A program made the position numbers and the translations under genes. The notes under the pieces were generated by a model, which had not been told where the DNA came from, made no database searches, and saw nothing but the letters and a program-made list of their open reading frames with translations. This document shows, in pieces, positions 55,802 to 64,000 of a stretch of DNA of 64,000 nucleotides (position 1 is the first letter of the stretch; each line of letters begins with the position of its first letter). Source of the DNA: Selaginella moellendorffii. Its lineage: Eukaryota; Plantae; Lycopodiophyta. The stretch covers positions 531,697-595,696 of the forward strand of contig NW_003314361.1 of assembly GCF_000143415.4 (NCBI RefSeq), written 5' to 3'.

Positions 55802-55961
55802 AGATTGCGAGTGGCCGAGAGCATTGAAAGAAATCTTCATACTATGCCACAGAAGTGAATTTGTGGCTGGGCAGCGCGCAAAGACAAGCTCGTTGCTCGC
55901 GCTCCCTAGGGTTCTTAGCGCCGGCATTCTCGATTCCCATCGTTCGATCGCTCGATCGAGC

Positions 55962-56954
55962 ATGGCAGCCGCCGTGGTGGCCACAGGGATCGACGCCGCC
56001 ACCAGCTGGAAGCAGCAGCTGGTGTTTGGGAATGGCATCAGGGTTTCCAGCTCCTCCGCCGCTCTGCCATCGCCGCGCAAGGTCTCCAGATTCGTGGTGA
56101 GGGCCACATCGGACAAGCCAGCCACGGTAATGTGGTCCTTCCCCTGTTTCATCGATGCTATGCTACATTGTGGAAATTTGGAGAGATTGATGGAGATGTG
56201 CTCGTTCTTGTGTGCCAGAAAGCGAATAGGCAGCTGTGGTTCGCGTCGTCGCAAAGCTTGTCCTACCTAGATGGAACGTAAGCTCTCTAGAATCCATTCC
56301 ATTCGTGAAGAGTTTGATCGATTCCTGGACAGGCTTCCCGGAGACTATGGCTTCGATCCCTTGGGCCTCTCCGACCCGGCGGGAGCTGGAAACTTCATGA
56401 CTCCCAACTGGTTGTCCTACGCGGAGATCATCAATGGCCGCTACGCGATGCTGGGAGCCGCGGGAGCCATCGCTCCGGAGATCTTTGGCAAGATTGGGAT
56501 CATCCCACAGCAGACTGCAGTGGTGTGGTTCAAGACCGGCGTCTTCCCTCCCGCTGGAACTTACAACTACTGGGCCGACCCCTACACCTTGTTCTTCCTG
56601 GAGATGGCGCTCATGGGCTTCGCCGAGCACCGGCGAGCGCAGGACTACTACAAGCCCGGCTCCATGGGGAAGCAGTACTTCCTGGGATTCGAGAAGTACC
56701 TGGGAGGCTCGGGGGATCCAGCGTACCCGGGAGGGATCTTCAATCCTTTTGGATTCGGCAAGGACGAGAAGTCGATGCGGACGCTCAAGATCAAGGAGGT
56801 GAAGAATGGGAGGCTGGCGATGCTGGCGATTCTGGGCTACTTCATCCAGGCACCCTTCACAGGCGTCGGTCCGTTCCAAAACTTGCTCGATCATCTCGCG
56901 GATCCATTCGCGAACAACATCCTCACGAACTTGAAAGTTTACAGCACTTTCTAA
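55962..56954 (+). CDS. LHCA3: Photosystem I light-harvesting chlorophyll a/b protein, type III
   Basis: [83 protein letters not shown]. Confidence 0.96.
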
Positions 56955-57165
56955 GCGCTCATAACGCTTGTTCTTCTTCGCTGTCATCTTTCTTTAGAAA
57001 CCGGATATCATGCCAAGAACATTTACATGTTCCTCAATGTAACTATATCTTTGTGAATGATAAAAAATTGGTTTTGATGGTAATGCCATATCTTTGTGAA
57101 TGATAAAAGTTTGGTTATGATGGTAAAATTGTGGTTTTTGGAACAAATCTACCAGCAGGAAAATC

Positions 57166-60100
57166 TCAGAGCTTGCTGCGCGCCATTTGTGCTCGAAGGA
57201 CTCTTCGCATGATTTTGTTTGACGCTGTGCGAGGAAATTCCGGACGAAGAACCACCGCATGGACCTTTCAAAAAAAAAAAAAAAAACAAAAATCAAATTT
57301 TACGCAAGGAACTTTCTTCTTTTTTTTTTTCTCGTGCTCACTCACCTTGAACAAAGGATTTAAGTTGTCATGGAGAGCCTTCAAGAAGATCCTCTTGAGC
57401 ATTTCTGGGTGATTTTCACCTGGTGGAAGAGCACCTTTGAGAACCGCAGCGACGATCAAGTTGTCGGGGCCGCCGCCTTTTCCTTGAGGCATGGCTATGG
57501 CTGCGGTCTCAAGAACGCTGCTGTGCGCGGTATTGCAAACACGCTCGATCTCCACAGAACTCACCTGCGTCATAAGAACAGTCGATCATCAACCAGAGAG
57601 CCTGGAGAAAAACGAAACAAAACAGACTCTTTTTTCTTACTTTGATGCCTCCAAGGTTCATGGTATCGTCTGCTCGACCTTTAGCTTTGTAGAAGCCTCC
57701 GGCTATTCGCTCAAACACGTCGCCATGCCTCCGAAGTTGCTAGACACGCGAAGAACTTCAGGAACTTCACGATGATAAATCTTCTGAAAGGTACTTACAA
57801 TCCCATTGATCACAGGCATGCCTTCGAAGTAGACTTTGTGATGATCAGCGTTTAACAGCGTGTATGAAGCTCCAAGAAGCTTGGGGAAGAGAGCAATCTC
57901 TCCAGAGCAAGGCTGGTCATCTGGCTGGAAAGTTTTCCAAACGTTTATGCTGATCGATTTACAAACGGAATGAAAGCTTACGTATGGTCTTCCGGAATCA
58001 TCAAGAAGAACAAAGGCTGCCGTCAAGCTCGGAGTGCTGAAAGCTGCAAAGGCCTGCGGTTGGAGCAGTGATCCGTGAAGGAAAGCAGAGCCAAGCTCGG
58101 TTCCACCACAACACTCTAGAATTGGTTTATACCAAGCTCTTGCGCTGAGCCACAGATCGTCATCGATACTAGAAGCCTCACCAGTTGTTCCGAACGATCT
58201 GCCGCAAAAAACAAATTTTTTAAAGAGTTGCACAAACTCTCTCGGTCATCCTATAGATTACCTGATACTCGACCAGTCGAGTGAATCCATGCAGTTGACC
58301 TTCTTCCAAGTTTTTACCATGCTCGGCACGGTTCCCAGAATCGTAACTCTTGCATCCTGTGCAGAAACATCTCAAGAAAGAAGATAAAAAACGATTTTTT
58401 TCACCTGGACAAACCTTCCGAAAGATCGTCCGAGAGGAGACCCGTTGTAAAGTGCCATTGTTGCTCCAGAGAGTAGACAAGCAGAGATAATATAAGGTCC
58501 CACCATCCATCCCAGATTCGTTGGCCAGCAGTAAATATCACCAGCTTGGAGATCGAAGTGTGCCCATGAATCGGCAGCACATCTCATGGGAGTTGTCTGG
58601 TTCCACGGGATTGCTTTTGGCTCGGCTGAATGGAAGCACGAATCTCAGAAAAGAAAACAACACCAACTTTGTAGAGTTTGGAGAGTTTTTTCATTCAGAC
58701 CTGTAGTGCCTGAAGAGAAGAGTATGTTTGTCCATGACTCGACGGGTAATTGCACAGCTGGGAACTCGTCTCCAGATCTGCAAATGAATCTGAGTGACAA
58801 TGCTCCAAGGTTTTCGATAGTTTCCCTGTACCTGTTTGTGCCGTTTCCATTTGCAAAGAACTCCTCCCAAGAAACGTCTTGGTTTCTGATTGGAACGCGC
58901 ACTGATTTTCCATCCGATGGAAGGACGACTGCCTTTGGTGGTTTAGCTCCCAGAACTCGACTTCATAGAAAACTGGATCACGCAAAACCTGAAAGATATG
59001 ACTTTGCTCTTTACCTGTACAACGGGATTGCTTTACCACCTCTCACTATCACATCCTGTAGAAGCTCTGGTAACAGCTGAAAACGTGAAAGTTTTGGAAA
59101 TCACCTGAGTGAAGATCCCCTTTGCTTTGGAGATCGCCAGGCGAGCAGCGATCTCCGAGGAAACAAAGCTGTCAGCTATTGACACTACCACGCAGCCCGC
59201 GAGAATTATGGCCAAGTAGATGATAACAGCGTGGATGTGCATTGGCATGTCGATGGCGATTCGATCTCCTCTTTGGAAACCGGCAGCTTGAAGCGAGAAT
59301 GCCACTCGGCTGCAAGAGAAAAAAGAAAACGAAAGAAAGGAAGAACGTAAGTTCCTAGTAAACTATGGATGAATGGAACTTAAATTCACCTGACATGGTG
59401 CCGAAGCTCCCAAAGTTTCATTGTGCTGGGAGGCAAATCATCTCCACCTTCGTCTCTCCATTTAATGGCGATTCTATCGTCCGTCTTTCCGATACTTGGC
59501 TTTGGTAGCAAGCAACAGTGAGCAACGTTCAAGACAGCACCGGGTAGCCATTTTCCTGCTGGACGTGACGAATCACTCGAGTCCACCATTTGTTTGGGTT
59601 CCACAGAAAAATGCAAGCTCAGCTTCTCAAACGCAATGGACCAGAAAATCTGAGAAGTTGGAATGAAAAGTTTAGAGCAATGGAGGAACGAGAAAGAAAT
59701 GGTTTTTTCACCTCCGGATGCTGAACCGAGAACTTGTAGAAGTTTGTAAAGCTCGCGATTGGATCAACGTGTGCCTTATTGCCGAGAAGTTCGTTTCCAC
59801 GAGCCTCGAGGAGCTGTCCAATGCTCGTACTCCTTGCGATCTCCCTGTAACTTTGAGCGATCAAAAAAGAAAAAAAATGCAAGAAAACTTATACAGCGAT
59901 GGAAACCAATACGGTGGTGGACCGCATTGCAACTCGTCCCAATTCTTGTAGATCGAGTAGTACATGAGCTGATGGAGTGCGTGAGGATGTCGAGGCGTGA
60001 GCAAACTTTGAGATACAAGCCTCCATATCGACTCGAGTTTTCCAAATCCTGCCCTTTGCAACGCTACCTGGAGCTCCTGGTAGAAGTGTAGAGCCTCGGA

Positions 60101-60172
60101 TGGTTCTAGCCCCGCGCTCTCGAGATCGCCCACATCCAGTTCTTCGACACTCTTGGCACCAAAGCCTTCCAT
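57166..60172 (-). CDS. Peroxisomal acyl-activating enzyme 17/18-like, copy A
   Basis: [38 protein letters not shown]-terminal [22 protein letters not shown] (PTS1). Confidence 0.88.
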
Positions 60173-60231
60173 CTCCAAGCAAAGAAAACCCTTTGGAGCT
60201 CATCATCTTTGGCGAGAGCTTAATAATTATA

Positions 60232-60300
60232 CTCGATCATCTTGCGGATCCATTCGCAAACAACATCCTCACGAACTTGAAAGTTTACAGCACTTTCTAA
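60232..60300 (+). pseudogene. Duplicated 3' fragment of LHCA3
   Basis: [22 protein letters not shown] copied at the duplication junction. Confidence 0.9.
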
Positions 60301-60513
60301 GCGCTCATAACGCTTGTTCTTCTTCTCTGTCATCGTTCATTAGAAACCGGATATCATGCCAAGAACATTTACATGTTCCTCAATGTAACTATATCTTTGT
60401 GAATGATAAAAAAACTGGTTTTGATGGTAATGCCATATCCTTGTGAATGAAAAAATTTTGCTTTTGATGGTAAAAATGTGGTTTTTTGGAACAAATCCAC
60501 CAGCAGGAAAATC

Positions 60514-63500
60514 TCAGAGTTTGCTGCGCGCCATTTGTGCTCGAAGGACTCTTCGCATGATTTTGTTTGACGCTGTGCGAGGAAATTCCGGAAGAAGAAC
60601 CACCGCATGGACCTTTCAAACAAAATAAAAAATAAAAAATAATCAAATTTTACGCAAGGAACTTTTTTTTTTTTTTTATGTGCTCACTCACCTTGAACAA
60701 AGGATTTAAGTTGTCATGGAGAGCCTTCGAGAAGATCCTCTTGAGCATTTCTGGGTGATTTTCACCTGGTGGAAGAGCACCTTTGAGAACCGCAGCGACG
60801 ATCAAGTTGTCGGGGCCGCCGCCTTTTCCTTGAGGCATGGCTATGGCTGCGGTCTCAAGAACGCTGCTGTGCGCGGTATTGCAAACTCGCTCGATCTCCA
60901 CAGAACTCACCTGCGTCATAAGAACAGTCGATCATCAACCAGAGAACCTGGAGAAAAACGAAACAAAACAGACTCTTTTTTCCTACTTTGACGCCTCCAA
61001 GGTTCATAGTATCGTCTGCTCGACCTTTAGCTTTGTAGAAGCCTCCGGCCATTCGCTCAAACACGTCGCCATGCCTCCGAAGTTGCTAGACACGCGAAGA
61101 ACTTCAGGAACTTCACGATGATAAATCTTCTGAAAAGTACTTACAATCCCATTGATCACAGGCATGCCTTCGAAGTAGACTTTGTGATGATCAGCGTTTA
61201 ACAGCGTGTATGAAGCTCCAAGAAGCTTGGGGAAGAGAGCAATCTCTCCAGAGCAAGGCTGGTCATCTGGCTGGAAAGTTTTCCAAACGTTTATGCTGAT
61301 CGATTTACAAACGGAATGAAAGCTTACGTATGGTCTTCCGGAATCATCAAGAAGAACAAAGGCCGTTGTCAAGCTCGGAGTGCTGAAAGCTGCGAAGGCC
61401 TGCGGTTGGAGCAGTGATCCGTGAAGGAAAGCAGAGCCAAGCTCGGTTCCACCACAACACTCTAGAATTGGTTTATACCAAGCTCTTGCGCTGAGCCACA
61501 GATCGTCATCGATACTAGAAGCCTCACCAGTTGTTCCGAACGATCTGCCGCAAAAAACAAATTTTTTAAAGAGTTGCACAAACTCTCTCGGTCATCCTAT
61601 AGATTACCTGATACTCGACCAGTCGAGTGAATCCATGCAGTTGACCTTCTTCCAAGTTTTTACCATGCTCGGCACGGTTCCCAGAATCGTAACTCTTGCA
61701 TCCTGTGCAGAAACATCTCAAGAAAGAAGATAAAAAACGATTTTTTTCACCTGGACAAACCTTCCGAAAGATCGTCCGAGAGGAGACCCGTTGTAAAGTG
61801 CCATTGTTGCTCCAGAGAGTAGACAAGCAGAGATAATATAAGGTCCCACCATCCATCCCAGATTCGTTGGCCAGCAGTAAATATCACCAGCTTGGAGATC
61901 GAAGTGTGCCCATGAATCGGCAGCACATCTCATGGGAGTTGTCTGGTTCCACGGGATTGCTTTTGGCTCGGCTGAATGGAAGCACGAATCTCAGAAAAGA
62001 AAACAACACCAACTTTGTAGAGTTTGGAGAGTTTTTTCATTCAGACCTGTAGTGCCTGAAGAGAAGAGTATGTTTGTCCATGACTCGACGGGTAATTGCA
62101 CAGCTGGGAACTCGTCTCCAGATCTGCAAATGAATCTGAGTGACAATGCTCCAAGGTTTTCGATAGTTTCCCTGTACCTGTTTGTGCCGTTTCCATTTGC
62201 AAAGAACTCCTCCCAAGAAACGTCTTGGTTTCTGATTGGAACGCGCACTGATTTTCCATCCGATGGAAGGACGACTGCCTTTGGTGGTTTAGCTCCCAGA
62301 ACTCGACTTCATAGAAAACTGGATCACGCAAAACCTGAAAGATATGACTTTGCTCTTTACCTGTACAACGGGATTGCTTTACCACCTCTCACTATCACAT
62401 CCTGTAGAAGCTCTGGTAACAGCTGAAAACGTGAAAGTTTTGGAAATCACCTGAGTGAAGATCCCCTTTGCTTTGGAGATCGCCAGGCGAGCAGCGATCT
62501 CCGAGGAAACAAAGCTGTCAGCTATTGACACTACCACGCAGCCCGCGAGAATTATGGCCAAGTAGATGATAACAGCGTGGATGTGCATTGGCATGTCGAT
62601 GGCGATTCGATCTCCTCTTTGGAAACCGGCAGCTTGAAGCGAGAATGCCACTCGGCTGCAAGAGAAAAAAGAAAACGAAAGAAAGGAAGAACGTAAGTTC
62701 CTAGTAAACTATGGATGAATGGAACTTAAATTCACCTGACATGGTGCCGAAGCTCCGAGAGTTTCATTGTGCTGGGAGGCAAATCATCTCCACCTTCGTC
62801 TCTCCATATAATGGCGATACTATCGTCCGTCTTTCCGATACTCGGCTTTGGTAGCAAGCAACACTGAGCAATGTTCAAGACAGCACCGGGTAGCCATTTT
62901 CCTGCTGGACGTGACGAATCACTCGAGTCCACCATTTGTTTGGGTTCCACAGAAAAATGCAAGCTCAGCTTCTCAAACGCAATGGACCAGAAAATCTGAG
63001 AAGTTGGAATGAAAAGTTTAGAGCTATGGAGGAACGAGAAAGAAATGGTTTTTTCACCTCCGGATGCTGAACCGAGAACTTGTAGAAGTTTGTAAAGCTC
63101 GCGATTGGATCAACGTATGCCTTATTGCCGAGAAGTTCGTTTCCACGAGCCTCGAGGAGCTGTCCAATGCTCGTACTCCTTGCGAACTCCCTGTAACTTT
63201 GAGCGATCAAAGAAGAAAAAAAATGCAAGAAAACTTATACAGCGATGGAAACCAATACGGTGGTGGACCGCATTGCAACTCGTCCCAATTCTTGTAGATC
63301 GAGTAGTACATGAGCTGATGGAGTGCGTGAGGATGTCGAGGCGTGAGCAAACTTTGAGATACAAGCCTCCATATCGACTCGAGTTTTCCAAATCCTGCCC
63401 TTTGCAACGCTACCTGGAGCTCCTGGTAGAAGTGCAGAGCCTCGGATGGTTCTAGCCCCGCGCTCTCGAGATCGCCCACATCCAGTTCTTCGACACTCTT

Positions 63501-63518
63501 GGCACCAAAGCCTTCCAT
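60514..63518 (-). CDS. Peroxisomal acyl-activating enzyme 17/18-like, copy B
   Basis: Same motifs as copy A, SKL terminus, keeps its own upstream region. Confidence 0.92.
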
Positions 63519-63668
63519 CTCCAAGCAAAGAAAACCCTTTGGAGCTCATCATCTTTGGCGTGAGAGCTTATTAATTTGTCTAGGTCTAAGCTTACCGGCC
63601 AGTCCAACGATAAAATCACCCAAGATCATACTTTGGTGTTCTTGGTCTATACTATAGATAACGTTTCA

Positions 63669-64000
63669 ATGGCGATTCTCGAGGTTCTAGCTCCAGATAT
63701 TACATGGCAGAGCCCATGGAAATCCTTGTGGGCGACCAGCAACCATAGCGTCCCACTCGCATTCTCTAGAAGAACCACGAGAAAAGGTAGAGTAGCGCAT
63801 CCAAGGCACATAGCTGTAGTCACGAGAGCCACTTCGTCTAGGGAGAAAGAAGAAGCTCTAGAGCAAACCAAGCGCTCGACATGGTTCGATTGGAACAGCG
63901 AGTGGTACCCGGTAGCGATCGAGCAAGAACTAGACAAGGGAGTTCCTCACGCTGTCACGATTCTTGGAAATGAATTGGTTGTGTGGTGGGATAGGAACGG
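63669..64000 (+). CDS. 5' part of a chloroplast Rieske oxygenase, PTC52/ACD1-like (PAO family); runs off the window
   Basis: Open frame MAILEVLAP... (transit-like) then WFDWNSEWYPVAIEQELDKGVPHAVTILGNELVVWWDRN. Confidence 0.85.
   Translation, partial: MAILEVLAPDITWQSPWKSLWATSNHSVPLAFSRRTTRKGRVAHPRHIAVVTRATSSREKEEALEQTKRSTWFDWNSEWYPVAIEQELDKGVPHAVTILGNELVVWWDRN

Larger units (their letters stand above)
56886..63570. repeat. Tandem duplication, about 3346-bp unit x2 (56886-60231 and 60232-63570)
   Basis: Near-identical sequence and ORF sets offset by about 3346 bp. Confidence 0.95.

Overview
Eukaryotic plant genomic DNA, not prokaryotic. Gene-dense, with many 45-70 bp GT-AG introns, photosynthesis genes and centriole/axoneme genes. 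This points to a land plant with flagellated sperm, most likely the lycophyte Selaginella (inference). Positions 1-14.4 kb are an AT-rich, CpG-poor block of decayed Ty3/Gypsy retrotransposons with an assembly gap. From 14.5 kb the genes are: neutral ceramidase, a CEP78-like LRR protein, class I TPS1, a 72-aa single-TM peptide, DNAAF5/HEATR2-like, an intronless CPL4-like CTD phosphatase, an unknown coiled-coil protein, a frameshifted fungal-like large-protein pseudogene, cytosolic PGM, a PEAPOD/TIFY protein, a fungal/algal-type kinase pseudogene, a TTLL6/13-like polyglutamylase, a TPR protein, an IQD protein, alpha-tubulin, a putative mitochondrial protein ending in an isolated group II intron maturase N-terminal (RT0/RT1) module, LHCA3, two tandem AAE17/18 copies, and the start of a PTC52/PAO-like Rieske protein. 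The best novelty candidate is the 355-aa 'mini-maturase' at 54527-55708. Also notable are the co-located centriole/cilium/tubulin genes and the two fungal-like pseudogenes. All family calls come from motif recognition by eye; no searches were run.
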